Assembly: GCA_017525225.1 (NCBI GenBank)
Contig: JAFXTB010000178.1
Span: forward strand, 9,660-73,659
DNA from: Kiritimatiellia bacterium
GTDB lineage: Bacteria; Verrucomicrobiota; Kiritimatiellia; RFP12; UBA1067
Direction of reading: 5' to 3'
Length of the DNA stretch: 64,000 nucleotides
Notes under the pieces: generated by a model
What the model was told of the DNA's origin: nothing
Databases searched by the model: none
What the model saw: only the letters and a program-made list of their open reading frames with translations
In this document: positions 45,001-53,244 of the stretch, in pieces
Layout of the letters: every line of letters begins with the position of its first letter
Position numbering within the stretch: the stretch's first letter is position 1
Translations under genes and position numbers: made by a program

Positions 45001-45830
45001 TCGAAGTTGAGCCAGAATAGCCCTGTTGCCGTAGCGGGCTCCGAAAGCTCCATCCACAGGCTGGTGAACATCCGCTTTACGAAGGTTCCTGGCTTTATCA
45101 CGGATTCCGTCGTAGATGTCAGAGGTGCTCCTACGACCCATGTGGCGGTGACCGAATACCCGCTCTTAGTCTTTGCGAACCTGGAGCCTTCGGTAAGATA
45201 GAAATACCATCCGCGGGGGGAGTCAGCGGCGGTCCTGCCCTTCGGCCCCGTGAACACCACGGCACTGCGATATTGCAGAAGAGAGTTGATCTTGTTGAAC
45301 GTGCGCGTACCGCCTGACACGTCCGACCAGTAGTTGTCGTAGAATGTCACGTTGCCGCCGCTATGGGCAACCAGCATGGAGCCGGACGGACACGTCACCG
45401 GCCCAAAGAAGCCGACTCCGCCCACATACGCGGTCGTGCTTGCGGGAAGTACGAAAGGACAGCAGAAGTTCATACCTTCCGTCCGCACGCCATGACCTGC
45501 GTGCGTAAACGTCTCGTCGCTTATGTACCACGCGCTCGATCCCTTGAGTTTTTCAACCGTCACAGGATAGATGTTTGTGATGAACGGAGTGCCAAGCGAA
45601 GTTATGTCCACATACACGTCCGAGCCGTTCGGCATGCCTGGGGGATCCCAGTTGTCGGCCTGCGCAAAGTTGTACGCAGCCTCCATGTCCCGTTCGCCGC
45701 TTGGAGCGGTGCCGCCGATCCAGACATTGGTGGTCGTCGCCATGCACATGGCTGTCGCGGCGGCGATTCCTGCGGCCATCGTCGCGGACAAGGTACGCCT
45801 TTTCATCGTTCTTGCTGCCATCGTATCCAT
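42048..45830 (-). CDS. Large secreted hypothetical protein, tandem paralog B (1,260 aa)
   Basis: Collinear with paralog A (WIGGT...NWDP.GMPNG.DV.VD...YWSDVSGGTRTF.KI...YLTEGSRFA.TKSG...WVVGAPLTSTT.SVIKPGTFVKR...SLWMELSEPATATGLF.LNF..VEVHARREIGTFGHN). The start may be an internal Met (MKRRTLSATMAAGIAAATAMCMA). Confidence 0.75.
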   Translation of the reverse strand: MDTMAARTMKRRTLSATMAAGIAAATAMCMATTTNVWIGGTAPSGERDMEAAYNFAQADNWDPPGMPNGSDVYVDITSLGTPFITNIYPVTVEKLKGSSAWYISDETFTHAGHGVRTEGMNFCCPFVLPASTTAYVGGVGFFGPVTCPSGSMLVAHSGGNVTFYDNYWSDVSGGTRTFNKINSLLQYRSAVVFTGPKGRTAADSPRGWYFYLTEGSRFAKTKSGYSVTATWVVGAPLTSTTESVIKPGTFVKRMFTSLWMELSEPATATGLFWLNFDNVEVHARREIGTFGHNGSTDHDFEFIINKYRDEDEYAVEVDKFAIYPLDAGTKLRRTTIGTSSSAWKPGRFVIHEQNTVNVNGVRTSAAFRLGTCDILFSSSPNAAGPGLPYALVDQPTATAESQLSVTGEMQAVVQQLYDLKGTITKAGSGTLLVGMTNSVGNTGSIVVKEGTFGVNDDAEADIAQIGRLSVAAGATLRVPVQGFRATTSFSIEPGAALAGTGRLYVPARVKLTGVDIAPGVEVVIGGGETSLPTGLPVPAVPGNPAFWVDFSQTNKMTLVEIAGGGIGIERIDDVRSTGAGDGYIFATNVAKDTYWPLLKYNADKDLHYAYFAGRGAGVTANPDRKIGLTDELVWSKPVTYIREAFQVYGCNGGPGPFLGHSSRARIVDAGGIDSDSFVFGRYSTAEAYFSWQPDKLLANATFRVNNRPVAMTVEKPPYTTTVDTGYFMPMVAAMSILDWPSGGKPTADSFFFNPAYSDQNATALVKKPLGELIVYTNVLTEVERLQVTRYLMRKWLATDVSEQPYRFSDTLGTVSGGTINVPAGSVSQVDYISPGVTFGKTGDGTLYVDKAYAPGSVLVVSGGTMRVRSRDMAQAPAFTADDALFAHYDASSLDNFDYSYDAERGVKTVTRWHDIKNGGTERPAFLFHDDSTNRPFIAENALNGLSVLDFGPFYSNAHNSEAAKKSDSGMNIVQKKGHRTVLAVWGSANGGGNLLGAFYTYWNNGYGISRGGTHGGLAADAISRGDSYLLLSTPGTYAFNLNGVGCNPTAQGLSGGYDIVSFSTLSGFGVEGLMFTTDGTTDFTGGGQLAEMMIFDNALPSNRVCEIEAYLRKKWFGADTPGFRPATLGRLVVADGATLVVEGGAALTVSTLVCGGTIQGDVVTASGATLEVAVAADGSTTPVAITGSFDMSRGGTVRFTGTPAALRAGHHVLVTGANIQSLAGWSVDTSTLRPGWSAVLKLVDGDLHISYANGIVINFR

Positions 45831-45858
45831 GGATGCCTCGCTTTCCTGAAATATCTGG

Positions 45859-47865
45859 TCAACGCGTGAGTATCTCGAATACGGCGAAATCGCCGGGGCC
45901 GAGCCGCCAGGAGAACGCCGCGTTGCCGTCCTCGGCGACGGTCCTGCCCGAGATAAGTTCCGTCACCCTGCCAAAGCGCGGCGCCGAGGGACGCGCCGAG
46001 ATGCGGATGTCGCTGGCCTTCGTTTCGTCCAGCGTCTGCGGGGCGTCGGCGAACTTCGTCACGCCGTCGTTGTTGAAGACGTACAGCCACACATGGCCAT
46101 CCGCGACGGTGAGGCCGAACATGCACCTGCCCTCGACCGCGAACGGGAAGAGATCCTCCTGCAGCGAGGTGAGCGCCGACTCGAGCTTCGGGAAGCGCAG
46201 CTCGCCCGCCGCCACGCTACGCCCATTGCCGGACTTTACCACCCCCTCGAGCATGGCGGAGTCGACGCGCACGACCCTTCCACCAGCGGCCTCGTACTTA
46301 GCAAGGACGGCCTCCCATCCCCTGTCGGGATAGTCACCCGCCACCACGAGCGCCTTGTAGCTCTTCATCACGTCGAGAAGCTGATCAGGCGTCTGGGACT
46401 TCGCATCCGGCACGATGACGTCGTACATGTTGGCGTACGGGGAGTTCCTGAGGCACATCTCGTCGCCCTTCTTGAGCCGCTCGCCGTGCGGGCCGCCCGG
46501 CACGAGCGTGTAGAACACCGCGTCAACGGCCTTGTCGCCCTCGGTATAGCCGAAGCGCGAATTCCCCCACGGGCTGCCGCCCCAGGTGGGATATCCCTGC
46601 GCCAGCGGCACGCACACCGCCACAGGAGAGAAGTGCACGCCGCGACCGGGGTGGCGGCGGGTGAAATCCACGAATTCCGCGTATATCCTGCCGCGCGGCG
46701 AGAAGACCGTCTTGCCTTCCTCCCTGCTCCACATCTTGAGGATGTTCATCCACTCCTCGAGCTGTATGTAGTTGGCCCCGCTGAGATAGGCGAGATAGTG
46801 CGTACGACGGAAGAGCGAGCGCGATATGCCGAACTCCGGCCCGCCGCATCCGATGCGTATGGAGTCGCCTGGATAGACACCCTTGGCCGGACGCTCCTTG
46901 CCATAGTACGGAAGCCACGAGAAATCCTTGTCGGTCTGCGGATATCGGCACACGCTGTCACCAAGGAACCAGCCGTTCGTGGAGAAGCCGTTGACGTACC
47001 CTGCGATGTACCACTCCCATGGCACTCCGAACTGGCGCGAGGCGCCGCGCGTGAACATCGACGAGGGCTGGTAGCGGTACGGACCGCTCGCCGTCGTCTC
47101 CATGCGGATGAGCGACGCGCCCAGGTCGGCCGCCACGTGCAGAGAGTTGAGGTGGGCGTCGAGCACGAACATCTTGCCGCCGAAGTTGCGCTCCTTGCGC
47201 ATCTCGAAGTAGCGCTTTAGCAGGGCAAGCTGCTCGTAGCGGGTCTTCGGCTTCTCGCCGAGGAAGCTGCCCAGCGCCTCCTTGCGCTCCTTGGAATCGG
47301 GACGAAAGTCCCCGTACGTCCCCTTCTGCCCGGCCAGCGCGGAATAGGCGCTGTTGAGGTCGTTGCACCATTCGCTGCATCCGCCGTCGACAACGAGGTT
47401 GGGATGGGCGGCGCGCCATGCGCGGTATTCCTCGAGATCGACCTTCACGGGCGAGCCCCACGTGGACTTGTTGCGCTCGGAGCGCTTGACGAGGAAGAAC
47501 GGGCGGTCCGGCTCCGGGTTGGAGGAGAGTATCTCGCGGTCCGGCGCGCCTTCGTTGAAATAGTCCTTCAGGTGCGACCACACCGCAAGCCCGGTGGATG
47601 GCGGCGGCGGCTTGGCGGCAGCCACGTAGCAGTACGCCACGTCCGTAAGTGCCGGCTCCGCGTTCAGCGCAGGGTTGTCCATCCCGATGGCCTTGCCGCG
47701 CCAGCCGTAGGAGGAATACTTGTTCAGCACGCGCCAGCAGTCGCGGCCCATCGTGACGATCGGCCTGTGGCGCGCCGGTATGTCAAGGCTCTGCCGTGCG
47801 CCGTCTGCGACGCATGCCATCATCGCGACCGATGCAACGGCCGCCATCCAAATCCTTGTCTTCAT
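45859..47865 (-). CDS. Secreted hypothetical protein (668 aa)
   Basis: Signal peptide MKTRIWMAAVASVAMMACVA. Long coding-like ORF. No family recognised. Confidence 0.55.
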   Translation of the reverse strand: MKTRIWMAAVASVAMMACVADGARQSLDIPARHRPIVTMGRDCWRVLNKYSSYGWRGKAIGMDNPALNAEPALTDVAYCYVAAAKPPPPSTGLAVWSHLKDYFNEGAPDREILSSNPEPDRPFFLVKRSERNKSTWGSPVKVDLEEYRAWRAAHPNLVVDGGCSEWCNDLNSAYSALAGQKGTYGDFRPDSKERKEALGSFLGEKPKTRYEQLALLKRYFEMRKERNFGGKMFVLDAHLNSLHVAADLGASLIRMETTASGPYRYQPSSMFTRGASRQFGVPWEWYIAGYVNGFSTNGWFLGDSVCRYPQTDKDFSWLPYYGKERPAKGVYPGDSIRIGCGGPEFGISRSLFRRTHYLAYLSGANYIQLEEWMNILKMWSREEGKTVFSPRGRIYAEFVDFTRRHPGRGVHFSPVAVCVPLAQGYPTWGGSPWGNSRFGYTEGDKAVDAVFYTLVPGGPHGERLKKGDEMCLRNSPYANMYDVIVPDAKSQTPDQLLDVMKSYKALVVAGDYPDRGWEAVLAKYEAAGGRVVRVDSAMLEGVVKSGNGRSVAAGELRFPKLESALTSLQEDLFPFAVEGRCMFGLTVADGHVWLYVFNNDGVTKFADAPQTLDETKASDIRISARPSAPRFGRVTELISGRTVAEDGNAAFSWRLGPGDFAVFEILTR

Positions 47866-47922
47866 GATTCGAGCGCTTTCTTTCTCTCTCTAAAAAAGGA
47901 ACTTAACAATAGCGGAGGTGGG

Positions 47923-48987
47923 TTACTTCGATCCTAGGCTGATGATGCAGAAGGAGACGACGAGCACCACAAGCCCCAGGGCGAGGCTGGCCTTCGTCCT
48001 GCCGCCGGTACCACGCCACTCGCCGGTGAACACGCCTATGAGCGTCGAGAAGAGGATGGTTGTGCCCATCATCACCGCGAAGGAGATGTACTTCATGTCG
48101 CCCATCATCGGCTCGCCGGCCTTCGTGCAGACGAACTGCATCACCCAGATGACGCCTATGGACCCTGCCAGCAGGACGTTCGCGAGATAGCGCCCTGCCC
48201 CGCCAGCCGGCAGGCGCACATAGTCGCCAAAGGTGCGATTCTTGAAGTTCTGCTGCATGCACCATGCAAGCTCCACCACGAACCCGCCCCACAACACCAC
48301 CATTATGACCGGCATGCCGCCCCAGCAGGCCTTCGCGCCCGCTTCCACGGCCATGCGCTCCATCTCCGGCGCAAACTGGAGCCCGAAGTTCATGAACGCG
48401 GAGAACACACCCGCCATGAGCGCCGTCACCACGCCCTTCCTGAAGTCGAACTCCGCCACGGCCTTCTTCTTCTCCTCCTCGGGCAGCTCGTTCTCCTTGA
48501 ACTTGCCGGCCAGGCCCACGAACACGATGCCCACCAGCGAAAGCAGCACGCCCAGAAGGACGATCCTTGCCCCGGAGGTGTTGTAGAGCGAGGCGAAGTC
48601 GAACCCCTGGAAGCGCCCCTCCGCAATCTTCACCACCTTGGGGATGAGCGTAGCCGTGCCAGAGCACACGCCGCATCCGACAGCAAGCCCCAGCCCGATG
48701 CCGAGATAGCGCACCATCAGCCCCCAGCAGAGCGCGCCCACGCCCCACATCGCCCCGCAGGCCGAACACAGCACCAGTACCCGCGTAGGCACCTTGCCCA
48801 CGACGCTCCAGAAGTCAGGCACCGTGAAATAGCAGATCACCGGAGGGCACACTATAAGCCCGATGAACGCGTACACGAACCACCAGCTCTCATACGCCCA
48901 GTTCCTGATGCCGCGCGCCGGCAGCAGGAACGTAGCCCCCGCCAGGCCACCCATGGAAAACACCAGCATGCCAAGAATCGCATCCAT
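47923..48987 (-). CDS. RhaT-family sugar:H+ symporter (L-rhamnose-proton symporter-like), 10 TM
   Basis: About 354 aa from ATG 48987 (MDAILGMLVFSMGGLAGATF). Two 5-TM halves separated by a charged loop (KFKENELPEEEKKKAVAEFDFRKG), as in RhaT/EamA-like transporters. Confidence 0.6.
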   Translation of the reverse strand: MDAILGMLVFSMGGLAGATFLLPARGIRNWAYESWWFVYAFIGLIVCPPVICYFTVPDFWSVVGKVPTRVLVLCSACGAMWGVGALCWGLMVRYLGIGLGLAVGCGVCSGTATLIPKVVKIAEGRFQGFDFASLYNTSGARIVLLGVLLSLVGIVFVGLAGKFKENELPEEEKKKAVAEFDFRKGVVTALMAGVFSAFMNFGLQFAPEMERMAVEAGAKACWGGMPVIMVVLWGGFVVELAWCMQQNFKNRTFGDYVRLPAGGAGRYLANVLLAGSIGVIWVMQFVCTKAGEPMMGDMKYISFAVMMGTTILFSTLIGVFTGEWRGTGGRTKASLALGLVVLVVSFCIISLGSK

Positions 48988-49175
48988 ATCAAACCTGTTC
49001 CAGATCTGCAGCTCCGGCGCGCATGCACGGCGCATGCCGCCCTCTGCGCCACGTATTATACAACCCTTGCGCCCCACCTGTCAATCACCCAGCACCCGGG
49101 GATCTCGTGGATTGCCTTTGCACGGACGCGCAGCTTTGGTATAATACGCACTGACAACAGACAGGAGAAGCGGCA

Positions 49176-50543
49176 ATGAAGGACATCCCCTACAAGACGT
49201 ATCTGACCGAAGACGAACTCCCCGGCGCATGGTACAACATGCGCGCGGACATGAAGGTAAAGCCCGCCCCGCTGCTGAACCCGGCAACGATGAAACCCGT
49301 CACCGCGGACGAGCTCGAGAGGGTCTTCTGCCGCGAGCTCGTGAGGCAGGAGCTGGATGACTCGTCGCAGTTCATCCCCATCCCGGACGAGGTACTGCGC
49401 TTCTACCGCATGTTCCGCCCTTCGCCCCTCGTCCGCGCGTACTTCCTGGAGAAGGCGCTCGGCACGCCAGCGAAGATATACTACAAGTTCGAGGGTAACA
49501 ACACATCCGGTTCGCACAAGCTCAACAGCGCCGTAGCGCAGGCATACTACGCCAAGGCGCAGGGTCTGAAGGGCGTGACCACCGAGACGGGTGCCGGTCA
49601 GTGGGGGACGGCCCTGTCGATGGCGTGCGCGTTCTTCGGGCTGGACTGCCAGGTGTTCATGGTGAAGTGCTCCTACGAGCAGAAGCCGTTCCGGCGCGAG
49701 GTCATGCGCACATACGGCGCGGACGTCACCCCGTCACCATCGATGAAGACAGCAGTGGGGCGGGCCATCAACGCCGCGCATCCAGGTACGACAGGGTCGC
49801 TGGGCTGCGCGATATCCGAGGCCGTCGAGGCCGCCACGTCGCAGGAAGGCTACCGCTACGTGCTCGGCTCGGTGCTGGCGCAGGTGCTGCTGCACCAGTC
49901 GATAATCGGCCTCGAGTCGCATGCGGCCTTCAGGAAGCTCGGCGAAAGGCCCGACGTCATAATCGGCTGCGCGGGCGGCGGATCGAACCTCGGCGGGCTC
50001 ATAGCGCCTTTCATGGGCGAGAAGCTCCGCGGCGAAGCCGACTACCGCATCATCGCGGTGGAGCCGGCAAGCTGCCCCTCCTTCACCCGCGGCAGATATG
50101 CATACGACTTCTGCGACACCGGCAGGGTATGCCCGCTCCAGAAGATGTACACGCTCGGCCACGACTTCATACCGTCCGCCAGCCACGCCGGCGGCCTGCG
50201 CTACCATGGCATGAGCGCCACGCTTTCGGAGCTGTACTCGCAGGGGCTCATGGAGGCGCGCGCCGTGGAGCAGACAAGCGTATTCGCCGCCGCGCAGCAG
50301 TTCGCAAGGGTCGAGGGCATCCTGCCGGCGCCCGAGTCCAGCCATGCCATACGCGCCGCGATCGACGAGGCCCTGCGTTGCAAGGAAGAGGGCAGGTCCG
50401 AGACTATCCTCTTCGGCCTCACCGGCACAGGCTACTTCGACATGGTCGCCTACCAGAAGTTCAACGACGGATCCATGTGCGACTACATCCCGACCGACGG
50501 CGAGCTTGAGCAGAGCTTCGCAAAGCTACCGCCGCAGCCTTGA
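49176..50543 (+). CDS. trpB: Tryptophan synthase beta-subunit-like PLP enzyme, TrpB2 type
   Basis: 455 aa (the long TrpB2 form). PLP-lysine motif NTSGSHKLNSA and the glycine-rich loop GCAGGGSNLGG. Confidence 0.8.
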   Translation: MKDIPYKTYLTEDELPGAWYNMRADMKVKPAPLLNPATMKPVTADELERVFCRELVRQELDDSSQFIPIPDEVLRFYRMFRPSPLVRAYFLEKALGTPAKIYYKFEGNNTSGSHKLNSAVAQAYYAKAQGLKGVTTETGAGQWGTALSMACAFFGLDCQVFMVKCSYEQKPFRREVMRTYGADVTPSPSMKTAVGRAINAAHPGTTGSLGCAISEAVEAATSQEGYRYVLGSVLAQVLLHQSIIGLESHAAFRKLGERPDVIIGCAGGGSNLGGLIAPFMGEKLRGEADYRIIAVEPASCPSFTRGRYAYDFCDTGRVCPLQKMYTLGHDFIPSASHAGGLRYHGMSATLSELYSQGLMEARAVEQTSVFAAAQQFARVEGILPAPESSHAIRAAIDEALRCKEEGRSETILFGLTGTGYFDMVAYQKFNDGSMCDYIPTDGELEQSFAKLPPQP

Positions 50544-50560
50544 CAGGGCGGAACCATACC

Positions 50561-53236
50561 ATGGACGACAGGGAAAAGGACGATCTCAAGGGGCAAAGCG
50601 CGCTATCCCGCGCCTTCCACTCCATCCGCACGCGCTATTCGCTGGCGACCGCGGTGTTCCTTCTGGCGATCCTGGCGATGTTCTACATCGGCGGACGCAT
50701 CGTGCTAGTGCACTTCGTGCGCGACGCCGAAAAGCAGGTGCAGGGCATCGGCATCAACATCGGGAAGCTCGTCAACCGGGATGCCGACCGCCTGCGCCGC
50801 AGTGCCGCCCACGCCGCGCGCAGGTTCGATGGCTTCGTCGCCGAAGGTACCGCCTGCGACACGGTGAAGCTGATGGACGAACTGTTCGGGCCGGACATAT
50901 CGCTCGCGCTGCGCCTCGACGGCAATGGGAAGTTCCTCGAAGGTTGTACATCCGGCGCCGGCGGCGCATTGCGCAGGCTCGCAGTAAGGGACGTGGAGCC
51001 GTATACCCGCAGCTTCGCCGCCTGGGCTACCGGGCAGACTGCCTCCAACGAAGTCCTTTCCGCCGGCCTGATGGACATCGACGGGCGGATGCACTACGGC
51101 GCGCTCGCGCGCTGCCACACCGGCGGCTATCTGCTCATCGGCACCCTCTTCGACATGACCGCCTTCACGGCGCGCATGAACGAAAGCCTTTCCGGCATGG
51201 AGATCCGCGTGCACCAGAAGCCTTCTGCCACCGACATGCCGGTGGCCATAGGCCGCCGACCAGCGGGGACCACCGCACCAAAAAGGCACTCCTTCGGCAT
51301 CATGCCGATGGTGTCGGAGGCTATAAACTTCTATTCCGGAGGATTCTGGGAATTCGGCTCAAGCCCTCTGGAGGCCACCTTCACCATCCGCGACATAGCG
51401 GGAACCCCCCTCTCCGTGATCGCGGTGTCGCTGCCGCGCACCTTCTCGAGCGCCACCTCGGTGGCCCTCAGCCGCCTTACGTTCTTCATCACGATGGCAG
51501 GCATCCTGCTCATCCTGCCGATATTCTGGTTCCAGAGCCAGCTGCTTCTCAACCCGCTCACCCAGATGATCGAGCGCATCCGCCAGGTCGGCGAACGCCA
51601 CAACGATGTAGACTGCCCCAGGCTGGAGTGGTCAGGCAAGGACGAGTTCGCGCAGCTCGCGGTGTCCGTGAACCGGATGCTCGAGACCATCTCACGCAGA
51701 TCGCTCGCCATCGCGCAGAGCGAAGCGCGCCAGAAGGCCATGATCGCCAGCATCCCGGACGGACTCGTCGTGTTCGACCAGCGGCACCGGGCGGTATCGA
51801 TCGTCAAGCAGCCCGACGACGTGCCGCCGATCCCTGGCATGGCGGAGGGTGAACCCCTCTCCGAAGCCGTCTACGGCGAGGACGGCGTCAAGGCCGCCAG
51901 CGAGGCGCTGGACGCCATCTTCGAGAGCGGCGGCACAAGGCACATGCACCTCTCCACCGCTGACGGCGCGGAAAAGACGCGCGAGTTCGAGCTACGCCTC
52001 TCGCGGCTGGACGACTTCTTCGCAATGGCGGCCATCCGCGACACGACCGCGGAGAACGCGGAACGCCGCAGGCTTCGCGCCGCCGAGCTGCGGCTTGTAC
52101 GCGCCCATAAGCAGGAATCGATGGCCCAGCTCGCCACAGGCATCGCGCACGACGTCAACAACGTGCTGGCCGTGGTGCTCAACACGCTCGAGATCACCTG
52201 GATGGACGGCGCGGAGGACGACCCAATCGTGGCATCGGCGCTCGCCACGATCCGCGACGCCGTGAAGCGCGGCTCGGGCATGATGCATGAGCTGATGACC
52301 TTCGCCGGAGAGACCAAGATCGCCCTGCGCCGCTGCGACCCTGCCGAGCTCGCACGCGCATCCAGCAGGCTCACCGAAGGCACGCTGGGGGCAAACGTCA
52401 TCCTCAGCTACGACCTGCCGGTCGGCCTGCCGCCGGTCGATGCCGACCCCGACCAGTTCTGGAAGGTGTTCTTCAACCTCACGAAGAACGCGGCCGAGGC
52501 TATGGCCGGCAGACCTGGCGAGATAACCATCTCGGCACGGGCGTTCGACATGTCCGCCGCCATGGCCACCACATTCACGTCGTCGCGGGCGCTCCAGCCC
52601 GGACCCGGCGTGCTGTTCCTGGTGGCGGACAACGGACCCGGCATTCCGCCGGACCTTGCCCGGCGCATCTTCGACCCGTATGTATCCACCAAGTCGGCAG
52701 GTCGCGGACTGGGACTCGCCATCGTAGCCTCGATCGTCGCCTCGCACGGCGGCGGGATATCGGTGCGGTCCGGCACGATGGGCGGTACCACGTTCAGCAT
52801 ATTCCTGCCGGCCTCGAAGCTTCCGGCCGAGACGGAAGAACCCTCGCCAGCGTCGCCGGAGACGCCCGGCGAAGTGCTGCTGGTGGACGACGACGAGGGG
52901 ATCCGCAAGACTACCGCCATCCTGCTGAAGACATTGAAGCACAAGCCCCTGCTCGCGGGAGATGCAGATACCGCCCTCGCAGTGTTCCGCAGGTTCGCCC
53001 CCAGGCTTTCATGCGTCATACTCGACGCCAACCTCGGCAATTTCGACGCGCTCCGCCTGATACGCGCGTTCCGCCTCGCGAATCCCAACGTGCCTGTGAT
53101 AGTGTCCTCGGGATCTCCGGCCGAGGAGATCGCGGACAGGTTCAAGTCCCAGCCCTACAACGCGTTCCTCGCAAAGCCATACACGCTTGCCGAGCTCAAG
53201 GACGCGCTTGCCCACGCCGCCGCCGCGCGCCGGTGA
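50561..53236 (+). CDS. Hybrid sensor histidine kinase / response regulator (two TM helices flanking a periplasmic sensor domain, HAMP/PAS-like, HisKA, HATPase_c, REC)
   Basis: H-box IAHDVNNVLAVV. N-box FNLTKNAAEAM. G-boxes DNGPGIP and GRGLGLAIV. C-terminal REC VLLVDDDEGIRK...ILDANLGNFDAL. An alternative TTG start at 50540 overlaps the trpB2 stop. Confidence 0.85.
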   Translation: MDDREKDDLKGQSALSRAFHSIRTRYSLATAVFLLAILAMFYIGGRIVLVHFVRDAEKQVQGIGINIGKLVNRDADRLRRSAAHAARRFDGFVAEGTACDTVKLMDELFGPDISLALRLDGNGKFLEGCTSGAGGALRRLAVRDVEPYTRSFAAWATGQTASNEVLSAGLMDIDGRMHYGALARCHTGGYLLIGTLFDMTAFTARMNESLSGMEIRVHQKPSATDMPVAIGRRPAGTTAPKRHSFGIMPMVSEAINFYSGGFWEFGSSPLEATFTIRDIAGTPLSVIAVSLPRTFSSATSVALSRLTFFITMAGILLILPIFWFQSQLLLNPLTQMIERIRQVGERHNDVDCPRLEWSGKDEFAQLAVSVNRMLETISRRSLAIAQSEARQKAMIASIPDGLVVFDQRHRAVSIVKQPDDVPPIPGMAEGEPLSEAVYGEDGVKAASEALDAIFESGGTRHMHLSTADGAEKTREFELRLSRLDDFFAMAAIRDTTAENAERRRLRAAELRLVRAHKQESMAQLATGIAHDVNNVLAVVLNTLEITWMDGAEDDPIVASALATIRDAVKRGSGMMHELMTFAGETKIALRRCDPAELARASSRLTEGTLGANVILSYDLPVGLPPVDADPDQFWKVFFNLTKNAAEAMAGRPGEITISARAFDMSAAMATTFTSSRALQPGPGVLFLVADNGPGIPPDLARRIFDPYVSTKSAGRGLGLAIVASIVASHGGGISVRSGTMGGTTFSIFLPASKLPAETEEPSPASPETPGEVLLVDDDEGIRKTTAILLKTLKHKPLLAGDADTALAVFRRFAPRLSCVILDANLGNFDALRLIRAFRLANPNVPVIVSSGSPAEEIADRFKSQPYNAFLAKPYTLAELKDALAHAAAARR

Positions 53237-53244
53237 ACGCACCG

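Larger units (their letters stand above)
38185..45830 (-). repeat. Tandem duplication: two about 3.83-kb units (gene + identical 31-nt intergenic leader)
   Basis: The 31-nt spacers 38185-38215 and 42017-42047 are identical except for about 2 positions. The segment around 40715-40935 matches 44505-44725 at roughly 90-95% by eye. Confidence 0.7.
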
